Assembly (NCBI GenBank): GCA_964580365.1
Contig: CAZOLL010000002.1
Span: forward strand, 1-44,006
Direction: 5' to 3'
From: an uncultured Phycisphaeraceae bacterium
GTDB taxonomy: Bacteria; Planctomycetota; B15-G4; JADJEK01
DNA: 44,006 bases
Positions 8,338-18,222 of this stretch are shown here, in pieces. The notes beneath the pieces are model-generated. The model saw only the letters and a program-made list of their open reading frames with translations. It searched no databases and was not told where the DNA came from. Position 1 is the first letter of the stretch. Every line of letters starts with the position of its first letter. The translations under genes were made by a program, and so were the position numbers.

Positions 8338-9578
8338 CGAACGCGCCGCGTCCGGTCGAAGAACCCGTCCCCGCGGGGCCCGTCGCCACCCCCGTCGCGA
8401 CGAGGGGCTCGCTCGTCGTCGTCTTCCTCACGGTGCTGATCGACCTGCTCGGCTTCGGCATGGTCGTGCCGCTGTTGCAGGTCTACGCGCGCGAATACAA
8501 CGCGAGCGGCGTGACGATCGGCTGGCTGATGGCGATCTTCTCGCTGATGCAGTTCCTGTTCGCGCCGCTGTGGGGGCGCGTGTCGGACCGCATCGGCAGG
8601 AAGCCGGTCCTCTTGATCGGGCTGTTCGGCTCGTTCGGCTCCTACCTCTTGTTCGGGCTCGCGCACTCGCTGCCGCTCTTGTTCGCGTCGCGGATGTTCG
8701 CCGGGTTCTTCGGAGCAAACATCTCGACGGCGCAGGCCTACGTCGCCGACGTCACGACTCCTGAGAACCGTGCGAAGGGGATGGGGATGATCGGCGCGGC
8801 GTTCGGGATCGGCTTCGTCTTCGGCCCGCCGGTCGGCGGGATGCTCGCGCACTGGCACCCGTCCGCGCCGGGCTTCTTCGCGGCCGGGTTGTCGCTCGCC
8901 GCGTTCTCGTTCGGGTGGTTCCGCCTGCGCGAGTCGCACCGTCCTGGCGAGCCGTCGGCGCGACGGCGCTACTCGTTCGCGGACGTCGGCGCCGCGGTGG
9001 CGGATCCGCGGCTCGCGACCTTGCTCGTCGGATACCTGTTCGTGACGTTCGCATTCGCCGGGTTCGAGACCACGTTCATGAACCTCGGCACGATCGTGCT
9101 GCACTACGACACGCGCACGATGGGCTTCTTGCTCGGCGGCGCGGGGCTCGCGTCGGCGCTGGTGCAGGGGCGACTGATCCACTCGCTGGTGCGCAAGTAC
9201 GGCGAGCGCCGGTTGCTCGTGGCCGGCTCGCTCGCGCTCGGCGTGGGGTTCATCGGCGTCGCGTTCGCCAACGGCGCACTCGTGTTCCTCGGTTCGGCGT
9301 TCGTGGTCGGGATCGCCTACGGCTTCTGCAATCCGTCGATGGGTGCGCTGATCTCGAAGAACACGACGCAGGCCCGCCAGGGCGCGACGCTCGGCGTCGC
9401 GCAATCGTTCGCGAGCCTCGGCCGCGTGCTCGGGCCGCTCGCGGCCGGCGTCGCGTGGGATCGGTCGATTCGCGCGCCGTACCTCCTCGGCGGCGGCGTG
9501 GTCCTCGTGCTCGCGTGCGTGTTCGAGTTCTATCGCCGGCGCTTCCCGTCCGACCTCGTCACGGTCGCGCGCGGTTGA
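8334..9578 (+). CDS. MFS transporter (drug/H+ antiporter, TetA/TCR-like, 12 TM)
   Basis: GTG at 8334 overlaps the rocF stop (GTGA). MFS motif A is LWGRVSDRIGRKPVLL. Multiple TM segments. The longer track ORF from 7974 is Arg/Pro-rich read-through of the rocF region in another frame. Confidence 0.85.
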   Translation: MTNAPRPVEEPVPAGPVATPVATRGSLVVVFLTVLIDLLGFGMVVPLLQVYAREYNASGVTIGWLMAIFSLMQFLFAPLWGRVSDRIGRKPVLLIGLFGSFGSYLLFGLAHSLPLLFASRMFAGFFGANISTAQAYVADVTTPENRAKGMGMIGAAFGIGFVFGPPVGGMLAHWHPSAPGFFAAGLSLAAFSFGWFRLRESHRPGEPSARRRYSFADVGAAVADPRLATLLVGYLFVTFAFAGFETTFMNLGTIVLHYDTRTMGFLLGGAGLASALVQGRLIHSLVRKYGERRLLVAGSLALGVGFIGVAFANGALVFLGSAFVVGIAYGFCNPSMGALISKNTTQARQGATLGVAQSFASLGRVLGPLAAGVAWDRSIRAPYLLGGGVVLVLACVFEFYRRRFPSDLVTVARG

Positions 9579-9661
9579 TCGTGCTGTTCGACCCCGTCCG
9601 CGACCGATAGTCTTTTCGCGAATCGAGGGCCCGACGCGCGGGCTCGCATCGGGAGGAACCC

Positions 9662-10225
9662 ATGGTTCCGTTGCTCATCGTCCTTGGCGTCATCGTCCTG
9701 CTCTTCCTCGTCTTCATGGGGATGTACAACGGCCTCGTCCGCCTGCGCAATCAATGCCGCAACGCGTGGTCGCAGATCGACGTGCAGTTGAAGCGCCGCC
9801 ACGATCTCATCCCGAATCTCGTCGAGACGGCGAAGGGTTACATGAAGCACGAGCGCGAGCTGCTCGAGGGCATCGCGAAGGCGCGCTCGGGCGCGGTGGC
9901 CGCGTCGGCAGCGCACGACATCAAGGGTCAGATCGGCGCCGAGAACCAGCTCTCCGCGCTCCTCACGCGCTTCATGGCCGTGCAGGAGAACTACCCCGAG
10001 CTGAAGGCGAACACGAACATGATGTCGCTGCAGGAAGAGCTGTCGTCGACCGAGAACAAGATCGCGTTCGCGCGGCAGTTCTACAACGACTCCGTGATGC
10101 GCTACAACAACCAGATCGAGACCGTGCCGTCGAACATCGTGGCGGGGATGTTCTCGTTCTCGGCGATGGAGTTCTTCGAGGTCGAGAACAAGGAAGAGCG
10201 CGAGGTCGTGAAGGTCCAGTTCTGA
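9662..10225 (+). CDS. lemA: LemA family protein
   Basis: An N-terminal TM segment is followed by YNGLVRLRNQCRNAWSQIDVQLKRRHDLIPNLVETAKGY...QENYPELKAN...LSSTENKIAFARQFYNDSVMRYNNQIETVPSNIVA, which is typical of LemA. GGGAGGA lies upstream. Confidence 0.9.
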   Translation: MVPLLIVLGVIVLLFLVFMGMYNGLVRLRNQCRNAWSQIDVQLKRRHDLIPNLVETAKGYMKHERELLEGIAKARSGAVAASAAHDIKGQIGAENQLSALLTRFMAVQENYPELKANTNMMSLQEELSSTENKIAFARQFYNDSVMRYNNQIETVPSNIVAGMFSFSAMEFFEVENKEEREVVKVQF

Positions 10226-10250
10226 CCGCGCTCGCGCGCGCGGACTCGAG

Positions 10251-11180
10251 ATGGCGAACCTCTTCGACGAGATCGCCCGCAACAAGCGGCGCTCGACGAT
10301 CCTCATCTTCCTGATGTTCCTGCTGACCGCGCTGCTCGGCGGCGTGTTCGGAGCCTACTTCGAGGCGCCGGTCGGCGGGCTCGTCGTCGCCGGCGGTGCC
10401 GCGATCGTGGCGACGCTCATCGCGTGGTTCGGCGGCTCGGCGATGATCCTCACGATCTCCGGCGCGAAGCCGATCGAGAAGGCCGACCACCCGCAGTTGT
10501 GGAACGTCGTCGAGGAGCTGTGCATCGCTGCCGGTCTCGCGAAGATGCCGCGCATCTTCATCATCCAGGACTCGGCGCCGAACGCGTTCGCCACGGGGCG
10601 CAACCCGCAGAACGCGAGCGTCGCGATCACCACGGGCCTGCTCGAGAAGCTCGATCGCGACGAACTGCAGGGCGTGATGGCGCACGAGCTCTCGCACGTT
10701 CGCAACTTCGACATCCGCTACGCGATGCTCGTCGGCGTCATGGTCGGCGCGATCGCGCTGTTCTGCGACATGTTCCTCCGCTCGGTGCGTTTCGGCGGGC
10801 GACGCAGCTCGAAGAACGCGGGCGGCGCGCAGGCCGTGATCCTCGTGCTCGCGCTGGTCCTCGCGATCCTCGCGCCGATCTCCGCGCTCGCGCTGCAGAT
10901 GGCGATCTCGCGCCAGCGCGAGTACCTCGCCGACGCGTCGGGCGCCGAGCTGACGCGCCTGCCCGAAGCGCTGGCGCGCGCGTTGAAGAAGATCGCCGGG
11001 GACACCGAGGTGCTCGAAGCGGCGAATCGTGCGACGCAGCACCTCTACATCGTGAACCCGATCAAGCCGTTCGAGGCGCGTGCGTCGAGGCTGTTCGCGA
11101 CCCATCCGCCGATCGAGGAGCGCGTGAAGCGCCTCGAGGCGATGGGGTACGTGAGGTCTTCGGCGGGAGCGGCCGGGTGA
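10251..11180 (+). CDS. htpX: M48 family zinc metalloprotease, HtpX-like
   Basis: HELSHVRNFD (HEXXH), four TM segments, AFATG motif, and C-terminal LFATHPPIEERVKRL. Confidence 0.88.
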   Translation: MANLFDEIARNKRRSTILIFLMFLLTALLGGVFGAYFEAPVGGLVVAGGAAIVATLIAWFGGSAMILTISGAKPIEKADHPQLWNVVEELCIAAGLAKMPRIFIIQDSAPNAFATGRNPQNASVAITTGLLEKLDRDELQGVMAHELSHVRNFDIRYAMLVGVMVGAIALFCDMFLRSVRFGGRRSSKNAGGAQAVILVLALVLAILAPISALALQMAISRQREYLADASGAELTRLPEALARALKKIAGDTEVLEAANRATQHLYIVNPIKPFEARASRLFATHPPIEERVKRLEAMGYVRSSAGAAG

Positions 11181-11944
11181 CGATCGAGGTCGAGAACCTC
11201 GCGCACTCGTTCGGCGAGCTGCGCGCGCTCGACGGTGTGTCGTTCCGCGCCGCCGCGGGAGAAGTGTTCGGACTGCTCGGTCCGAACGGCGCCGGCAAGT
11301 CGACCACCGTGCGCGCGCTGCTCGGCGTGCTGCGCCCCGACTCCGGGACCGTGCGCGTCGCCGGCATCGATGTCGCGACCGACGGCGTCGGGGCGCGCGC
11401 GCGCATCGGCTACCTGCCGGAAGTGCACTCGCTCTACGAAGCCCTCACGCCGCGCGAACATCTGTCGTTCGTCGGAAGGCTCCGCGGGCTCGACGACGCG
11501 ACGATCGACCGGCGCGGCGGCGCGTTCCTCTCCGCGTTCGAGATCGAAGACCGCGCCGATGAACCGATCCGCACCTTTTCGAAGGGCATGCGCCAGAAGG
11601 TGGCGCTCGCGCTCGCGTTCATTCACCAACCGAAGGTGCTCCTGCTCGACGAGCCGTTGTCGGGTCTCGACGCGACGGCAGCGCTCTTGCTGAAAGAGCT
11701 GGTGAAAGGCGTCGCCAAGGCCGGAACGACCGTCCTGTATTGCTCGCACGTGCTCGACGTCGTCGAGAAGGTCTGCGATCGCGCGCTGATCCTCGCGCGC
11801 GGCAAGCCGGTCGCGCAGGGCACGATCGCCGAGCTGCGCGAGAGGACGCGCGGCACGACGCTCGACGAAGTGTTCCGCAGCGTCGCGACGGACGTCGACC
11901 CGATCGCGCGCGCGCGCGAGCTGCTCGAGGCGCTCGCGTCGTGA
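11177..11944 (+). CDS. ABC transporter ATP-binding protein (ABC-2/DrrA-like)
   Basis: GTGA overlap with htpX. Walker A GPNGAGKST, Q-loop, signature FSKGMRQKV, Walker B LLLDEPLSGLD, H-loop CSHVL. Confidence 0.9.
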   Translation: MTIEVENLAHSFGELRALDGVSFRAAAGEVFGLLGPNGAGKSTTVRALLGVLRPDSGTVRVAGIDVATDGVGARARIGYLPEVHSLYEALTPREHLSFVGRLRGLDDATIDRRGGAFLSAFEIEDRADEPIRTFSKGMRQKVALALAFIHQPKVLLLDEPLSGLDATAALLLKELVKGVAKAGTTVLYCSHVLDVVEKVCDRALILARGKPVAQGTIAELRERTRGTTLDEVFRSVATDVDPIARARELLEALAS

Positions 11945-13437
11945 ACGCGACGTCGCTCGTGTTCCGCCGGTTGCTCGAGCGCCGGCTCGTCGGCGACGAC
12001 GCGGGCTTCTCGTCCTCGATCCCCGGCGCGACGACGACGCTCGGCATCTCGCTCGTCGTGTTCGGCGTCGCCATGCAGGAGCGTCCGCTCGACGACGTGC
12101 TGCTCCTGCTCGTCAGCGTCACTCTCGTGTGGTCGTTCGTCCGCGCGTTGTTCGACGAGAACGGAGCCGCGGACCCGCTCGATCGCGCCGTGCTCGAGCC
12201 GCTTCCGGTAAGGCCCGCGGCGATCGCGTTCGCGCGCGTTCTCGCCATCGGCGTGTCGCTCTTGGTCGCGACGGCGAACCTCGCCGTGCCGCCGATCGCG
12301 ATGGCCGCGGCGCGCCACGGACCGCTCGCGGCGCTTTCGATGTTCGGAGCCGCGCTCGCCGCGTCGTTCGTCGGGATGAGCGCCGCCGAACTGGCGCGCT
12401 CCACGCTCGAGCGCTCTTTCGGACGCGCACGGCTCGCGGAGTGGGAGGGGCCGTTCCGTCTCGTGATCGGCGTTCTTCTGTTCGCCGTGATGTTCATCGC
12501 GCCGAGCCCGGCGCAGCTCCTGTCGGAACGCCCGTGGCTCGCGCGCTTGCCGCCGTTCTCGCTCGCGTCGCTCGGCGGAGACGGCGCCGCGCTGCCGGCC
12601 GCGCTCGCCGTGATCGGATTGGCCGCGCTTGCACTGTGGGTCTCGATCCGGCTGTCCGTGTCGGGCACGGACGGCGCCTCGCACCGCACGCGCCGCGCTC
12701 CCGCGGCGGAGCCGGCGCGCTGGCGGCACGCGCTCGTGCGGCCGACGGAGCGCGCGGGCTTCGCGTTCGGTTGGGCGCAGATCGGCCGCGACCGCGCGTT
12801 CCGTTCGCGGGTGCATCCGTTGTTCGCGTTCCCCTTCGCCGTGATCGTGCTGGTCGCGATGCGGCCGGCCGAGCCGATGCTCGCGTTGATGGCGCTGTAC
12901 GGTGCCGGCGTGTACGCCGTGGTCGCCGAGAGCTTCGTCACGTTCAGCGAGTCGGAAGGTGGCCCGCGGCTGCTCGAATCGCTGCCCGTCGCGGACGTCG
13001 CGGGCTTTCGCGTCGGCGTCGAGAAGGCGTTCGTCGTGCGCGTCGTGCTGCCGGTGTTCCTGACCTTGTGGTTCGGCCTCGTCGTGCTCGCCGCGTTCTC
13101 GCGCGGGCCGGGCGTCGTCGCAAGCACCGAGTTCGCGCTGCTCGCCTTCTCGAGTGCGACGCTCCTGTGCCTGATCGGGTTCGATCGGCTGCCCGCGCTG
13201 CCGTTCTCGGCGAAGGACCGCGGCGTCTATCCCGGGGACGCGGCGTCGGTCGCGTTCTCGGCCCTACTCGCGATGACGCTGCTCGCGCTCGCCGCGGCGT
13301 GGGCGCGCGAGCGGCCGCTCTTCCTCGCCGTGGAGTTGATTGCGCTGTGGACTATGATCCGGCTCGTTCTGGTCAAGAAACGCGACCGATGGAACCGAAT
13401 GAACGCGTCGGACGGAGCGAGCGGACCGTCGGCCTGA
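11941..13437 (+). CDS. polytopic membrane protein, putative permease partner of the ABC ATPase (putative-ABC-exporter-like)
   Basis: GTGA overlap with the ATPase gene. About 10-12 hydrophobic segments over 498 aa. No enzymatic motif. The role is inferred from coupling to the ATPase. Confidence 0.6.
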   Translation: MNATSLVFRRLLERRLVGDDAGFSSSIPGATTTLGISLVVFGVAMQERPLDDVLLLLVSVTLVWSFVRALFDENGAADPLDRAVLEPLPVRPAAIAFARVLAIGVSLLVATANLAVPPIAMAAARHGPLAALSMFGAALAASFVGMSAAELARSTLERSFGRARLAEWEGPFRLVIGVLLFAVMFIAPSPAQLLSERPWLARLPPFSLASLGGDGAALPAALAVIGLAALALWVSIRLSVSGTDGASHRTRRAPAAEPARWRHALVRPTERAGFAFGWAQIGRDRAFRSRVHPLFAFPFAVIVLVAMRPAEPMLALMALYGAGVYAVVAESFVTFSESEGGPRLLESLPVADVAGFRVGVEKAFVVRVVLPVFLTLWFGLVVLAAFSRGPGVVASTEFALLAFSSATLLCLIGFDRLPALPFSAKDRGVYPGDAASVAFSALLAMTLLALAAAWARERPLFLAVELIALWTMIRLVLVKKRDRWNRMNASDGASGPSA

Positions 13438-13532
13438 AGCGGGAGCTGAAGGGCCTCGTCATCCTCTACGTCGCGTTCGCGGTGGTCTCGCTCGTCGTCG
13501 CGGTCACGTGCTCGGGGCCTGCGCCGCGCTGA
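13389..13532 (+). CDS. possible 47-aa single-TM micro-protein
   Basis: ATG at 13389 gives MEPNERVGRSERTVGLKRELKGLVILYVAFAVVSLVVAVTCSGPAPR. GC3 is strongly biased. It fills the gap before the M48 gene but overlaps the 3' end of the permease gene by 49 nt. Confidence 0.3.
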   Translation: MEPNERVGRSERTVGLKRELKGLVILYVAFAVVSLVVAVTCSGPAPR

Positions 13533-13574
13533 TCGTTGCTTCGGTCGCGGCGTGTGGTCGATCGGCGGTATTCG

Positions 13575-15467
13575 ATGTTCGCGGTCTTTCCGACCATCCT
13601 TGCGGTGCTCCTGGCCCTGTCGTTCCAGGGCTACTACGCCGAGACCGCGATGCCCGAGGGGCGCCCGCTCTGGCTGCTCCTGACCTTGCCGCTGATGTTC
13701 GTCCCCGCCGCGCTCGCCGAGGCGCTCCTGTATCACGCGCGCCGCCGCTTCTCGATGGGCCGGCCGTTCGACTTCCAGCGCTATGCGCGCTTCATCGCCG
13801 CGCTGCCCTTGCCGCTCTACGCGGTCGCGCTGTTCGAATTCGGCTGGCCGAAGATCGTCGTCCCGCTCGGCATCGAGAACGTCGTCCTCGTCGATCACAT
13901 CGTCGTGCTGTTGCCCTACCTGATCGGGCTCGTCGTCGCGCTGGTCGAGTCGACGCGCTTGAAGCGACCGCTGCGGCTCACGGAGCGCGGCGCGCGGCCG
14001 GCGACGATCTCGGAAGTGCGCGGCTCGGTGTCCGACGCGCTGCGCCAGGTCGGGATCATGCTGCTGCCCCCGTTCGGGCTGATCCTTGTTCTCGATCTGT
14101 GCCGCGACACGTGGCTGCGCATCTACTTCGAGAACCTGCCGATCCTCGCGAGCGCCGTCCTGCTCGTCACGCTGTTCGCGATGGCGCTCGTGTATCCGAT
14201 CCTCTTCCGCATCGGATTCGGGCTGAAGCCGCTGCTCGCCGGGGCGCCGCTGCGCGCGCGACTGGAAGAGGTGGCGCGGCGCCTGTCGTTCCGCTGCCGG
14301 GACATCCTCTACTGGTCGACGCGCCGCCCGCAGTTGAACGCGGCGATCATCGGCGTCCTCCCGCGCTTCCGCTACGTGATCCTCACCGAGGAGCTGTGCA
14401 AGCGGCTCACGCTCGAAGAGATCGCCGCGGTGTTCGCGCACGAGGTCGGGCACGGCAAGCGCCACCACGCGCTCTTCTATCTCTTGTTCGCGGTCGCGTT
14501 CCTCACGGCGCTCGTCCCGCTCGCGGGCTTCGCGGGCGGGCTCGCCGAGCGCTGGAGCGACGGTCAGCTCGATGCGTCGATCGGCGAGCTCGCGTTCGTG
14601 TACCTGCCCGCGTTCGCGGTGTTCTGGCTGATCCTGTTCTCGTGGCTGTCACGCCGCTTCGAGCTGGAGGCGGACGTCTACGGCGTCGAGGCGATCGGCG
14701 ACGCGCCGCTGTTCGTCGACACGCTCGAGAAGGTCGCGCGCATCAGCCGCATCGAGCGGAAGACGACGGCGCACCGCCACTTCAGCATCGCGGGACGCAG
14801 CGACTTCCTGCGCTCCGCGTTCGTCGCGGGCGACCGTGGCCTGCTCGACGCTTTCCGCCTGAAGATCCAGCGCGTCCGTCGCGCGATCCTCGTCGGCTCG
14901 GCGATCGTGCTCGGCTGCGCGGGCCTCGTCCTGATCGTCGCGTCGTTTCGCGGCGCGGGCGCGATCTTCCTCGAGAAGGGCGACCCCGCGAGCGCGCAGC
15001 CCGTGCTCGAGTTCGTGCGCTTCCTCGACCGCGGCGATCCAGAGACGCTCGCACTCCTCTCCGAGGCGGCTGAGATGCGCCACCCCGAGCTCGCGGGCGA
15101 CGACGAGCACTGGCGCGAAGTGCTGAAAGCGAACGACGAACTCTCCGACGCCGAGCGCAGCGCGCTCGTCGACGTGCTCTTGTCGGGATGGGCACGCGCG
15201 ACCGCGGCGCGACGCAACGATCTCGCGCTCAAGCTCGTCGGCCGCGCGGCGATCGTCTCGCACCCCGGCGCCGTGCTCGACCGCGATCGTCTCGACACGA
15301 ATCTCACCGCCGAACTCGTCTCGCGCTCCGACGTCTCGCACGCCGTGCTGGCCGGCGATCGGCGCTTCTTGCAGCACCTCGTCGACGCTCCGCCGCGCTG
15401 GCTCCGGCGTTCCGACCACACGCCGGCGCTCGACTTTCTCCGTTCTCTCGCCGACGAACAGAACTAA
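13575..15467 (+). CDS. M48 family membrane metalloprotease (Ste24/HtpX-like) with a C-terminal helical extension
   Basis: FAHEVGHGKRHH (HEXXH) with a downstream ELEAD glutamate. About 7 TM segments. I prefer the ATG at 13575 (MFAVFPTILAVLL) over the TTG at 13536. Confidence 0.8.
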   Translation: MFAVFPTILAVLLALSFQGYYAETAMPEGRPLWLLLTLPLMFVPAALAEALLYHARRRFSMGRPFDFQRYARFIAALPLPLYAVALFEFGWPKIVVPLGIENVVLVDHIVVLLPYLIGLVVALVESTRLKRPLRLTERGARPATISEVRGSVSDALRQVGIMLLPPFGLILVLDLCRDTWLRIYFENLPILASAVLLVTLFAMALVYPILFRIGFGLKPLLAGAPLRARLEEVARRLSFRCRDILYWSTRRPQLNAAIIGVLPRFRYVILTEELCKRLTLEEIAAVFAHEVGHGKRHHALFYLLFAVAFLTALVPLAGFAGGLAERWSDGQLDASIGELAFVYLPAFAVFWLILFSWLSRRFELEADVYGVEAIGDAPLFVDTLEKVARISRIERKTTAHRHFSIAGRSDFLRSAFVAGDRGLLDAFRLKIQRVRRAILVGSAIVLGCAGLVLIVASFRGAGAIFLEKGDPASAQPVLEFVRFLDRGDPETLALLSEAAEMRHPELAGDDEHWREVLKANDELSDAERSALVDVLLSGWARATAARRNDLALKLVGRAAIVSHPGAVLDRDRLDTNLTAELVSRSDVSHAVLAGDRRFLQHLVDAPPRWLRRSDHTPALDFLRSLADEQN

Positions 15468-15645
15468 GCCTCCATTAAGGCTTTCCGCGCGCAACGATTC
15501 TTCGCCGGACCCGCTTTCCGGGTGGTGTCCGGGCGCGCGAACCCGGAGAATGGCGACCCTTCGTCCCGCGCCTCGGAAGTTCGACCGAACTCGGTGCGGG
15601 CACAGTTTTTAAGCGAACGACGACGAGTCGCGGAGCGCTCTCCGA

Positions 15646-18222
15646 ATGGCGGAGCCGAACGATCGCATCGAGGACCTGCTGATCGAGGAGGAGATGCGCG
15701 TCTCCTACCTCGATTACGCGATGTCGGTGATCATCAGCCGCGCGCTGCCGGACGTGCGCGACGGCCTGAAGCCATCGCAGCGCCGCGTGCTCGTCGCGAT
15801 GCACGACCTCAATCTGGGACCGCGCGCGAAGAAGAAGAAGTGCGCCAAGATCGCGGGCGACGCATCGGGCAACTACCACCCGCACGGTGAAGCGGTCGTC
15901 TACCCGACGCTCGTGCGCATGGCGCAGAACTTCGTGATGCGGTACCCGCTCGTCGACGGCCAGGGGAACTTCGGCTCGGTCGACGGCGACCCGCCGGCCG
16001 CGATGCGTTACACGGAAGCCTCGCTCACCGCTGCGTCGATGGACCTGATGGAGGACCTCGACAACAAGGCGACCGTCGACTTCGTGCCGAACTATGACGG
16101 CACGCGCGAAGAGCCGGTCATCCTCCCGAGCAAGTTCCCAAACCTGCTCTGCAACGGAGCGAGCGGCATCGCGGTCGGCATGGCGACGTCGATGCCGCCG
16201 CACAACCTCACGGAAGTGAGCGCGGCTCTACTCAAGCTGCTCGACTCGCCCGACGTCACCATCGACGAGCTGTGCGAGATCGTGCGCGGCCCCGACTTCC
16301 CGACCGGCGGCATGATCTGCGGTCGCGCCGGCATCCTGAACGCCTACCGCGTCGGCCGCGGTCAGATCGTCGTGCGCGGCCGCGCCGAGATCGAGGAGAC
16401 CGGCAAGGACCGCCGTCAGATCGTCCTCACCGAGATCCCCTACCAGGTCAACAAGACCGCGCTGATCGAGACGATCGCGAACCTAGTGAAGGAAGACCGC
16501 ATCCCGTCCATCTCCGACCTGCGCGACGAGTCGGACAAGGAAGGCATGCGCGTCGTCATCGAGCTGAAGAAGGGCGAAGACGCGAACGTCACGCTCAACC
16601 AGCTCTACAAGTTCACTGAGCTCCAAACGACGTTCTCGATCATCAACATCGCGCTGGTCGGCAATCGCCCGCGCACGCTCAACCTGAAGCAGCTGCTCGA
16701 GGCGTACGTCATCCACCGCCGCGACGTCATCCGGCGCCGCACGCGCTGGCAGCTGAAGAAGGCGGAAGACCGCCTGCACATCGTCGAAGGCCTGAAGATC
16801 GCGGTCGACCACATCGACGAGGTGGTCCGCATCATCCGCCAGGCCGCGGACGTCGAGTCCGCGAAGATCACGCTGATGAGCACGTTCTCGCTCAGCGAGA
16901 TCCAGGCGGTCGAGATCCTCCGCATGCAGCTGCAGCGACTGACCGGTCTCGAGCGCGACAAGCTCGAGGAGGAGCGCAAGAAGCTGATCGAGGAGATCGC
17001 TCGCCTGAAGGCGATTCTCGCCGACCCGAAGCTCGTCGACGACCTGATCCGCACCGACGTGAAAGAGCTGCGCGACCGCTACGGCGACGAGCGCAAGACC
17101 GAGATCACGGGCGAGGAACTCGAGACCTACGTCGACGAGGACCTGATCCCCGACGACACGATGGCGGTCACGGTCAGTCACCAGGGCTACGTGAAGCGCC
17201 TCCCGCTCGATTCGTACCGCCGCCAGGGGCGCGGTGGCGTCGGCGTCACCGGCGGCGACTCGAAGGACGAGGACTTCCTCGAGCACCTCTTCGTCGCGCA
17301 GAACCACGACTACATCCTGTTCTTCACCGACCGCGGCCGCGTGCACTGGCTCAAGGTGCACCAGCTCCCGCAGCTCTCGCGCTACAGCAAGGGCCGCGCG
17401 GTGCAGAATCTCCTGCAGCTCCAGCCGGGCGAGACCGTCTCGTCGATGATCCCGGTGCGCGACTTCACGCGCGGGTATCTGTTCCTCACGACGAGCACCG
17501 GCACCGTGAAGCGCACCGCGCTCTCCGCGTTCTCGCGGCCGAAGCGCGGCGGCATCATCGCGATCGGACTGCTGCCGGAGGATCGCCTCGTCGGCGTCGC
17601 GGTCGTCGGCCAGGACGACGAGGTCATGCTCGCCACGGCGAAGGGCCAGGCGATCCGCTTCCCGATCTCGAAGGTGCGGCCGATGGGGCGCACTGCGCGC
17701 GGCGTGTGGGGCATCAAGCCGCACGACGGCGACGCGGTGATCGGCTCGATCGTCGTCGACGCGACGGCGCACGTCCTCACCGTCGGCGCGAAGGGCCTCG
17801 GCAAGCGCACGCCGTTCGAGGAGTACCGCGTCACGAACCGCGGTGGCGTCGGCATCATCAACATGAAGCTCACCGACCGCACCGGCGACGTCGTCGCGGT
17901 GAAGGCGGTGCGCGACGGCGACGACCTGATGATCATGACGCAGGACAGCATGGTCGTTCGCATCGCGGTGTCCGGCATCTCGGTGATCGGCCGCAGCACG
18001 CAGGGCGTGAAGCTGATCTCCCTGCGCGAGAACGACAAAGTCGTGTCGGTCGCCCCGGTCGTGAAGGAGGACACCGAGGGCGAATCGCCGAAGGCCCTCT
18101 CGGGCGAGCCGATCGCGCCGGAATCTCCGGACGACGACGGCGGCGACTCGGGTGACAATGGCGCCCCGGACGACGCGCCCGACGGCCCCGACTCGGCGCC
18201 GGACGCCCCCGACGCGGAGTGA
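15646..18222 (+). CDS. gyrA: DNA gyrase subunit A
   Basis: [29 protein letters not shown], the [21 protein letters not shown], the active-site AAMRYTEA, C-terminal beta-pinwheel repeats, and an acidic tail. Confidence 0.97.
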   Translation: MAEPNDRIEDLLIEEEMRVSYLDYAMSVIISRALPDVRDGLKPSQRRVLVAMHDLNLGPRAKKKKCAKIAGDASGNYHPHGEAVVYPTLVRMAQNFVMRYPLVDGQGNFGSVDGDPPAAMRYTEASLTAASMDLMEDLDNKATVDFVPNYDGTREEPVILPSKFPNLLCNGASGIAVGMATSMPPHNLTEVSAALLKLLDSPDVTIDELCEIVRGPDFPTGGMICGRAGILNAYRVGRGQIVVRGRAEIEETGKDRRQIVLTEIPYQVNKTALIETIANLVKEDRIPSISDLRDESDKEGMRVVIELKKGEDANVTLNQLYKFTELQTTFSIINIALVGNRPRTLNLKQLLEAYVIHRRDVIRRRTRWQLKKAEDRLHIVEGLKIAVDHIDEVVRIIRQAADVESAKITLMSTFSLSEIQAVEILRMQLQRLTGLERDKLEEERKKLIEEIARLKAILADPKLVDDLIRTDVKELRDRYGDERKTEITGEELETYVDEDLIPDDTMAVTVSHQGYVKRLPLDSYRRQGRGGVGVTGGDSKDEDFLEHLFVAQNHDYILFFTDRGRVHWLKVHQLPQLSRYSKGRAVQNLLQLQPGETVSSMIPVRDFTRGYLFLTTSTGTVKRTALSAFSRPKRGGIIAIGLLPEDRLVGVAVVGQDDEVMLATAKGQAIRFPISKVRPMGRTARGVWGIKPHDGDAVIGSIVVDATAHVLTVGAKGLGKRTPFEEYRVTNRGGVGIINMKLTDRTGDVVAVKAVRDGDDLMIMTQDSMVVRIAVSGISVIGRSTQGVKLISLRENDKVVSVAPVVKEDTEGESPKALSGEPIAPESPDDDGGDSGDNGAPDDAPDGPDSAPDAPDAE

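Noticed and set aside
15468-15645. A tRNA or small RNA gene in the three longest intergenic regions (15468-15645, 19536-19713, 42456-42658).
   Set aside because: No cloverleaf-compatible acceptor and T-arm pairing or GTTCRANYC T-loop was seen. Only short palindromes (AGTTCG-AC-CGAACT at 15578-15591, aagcct/aggctt at 15466-15483) and the clpC terminator hairpin are present. A covariance-model scan would be needed to exclude sRNAs.
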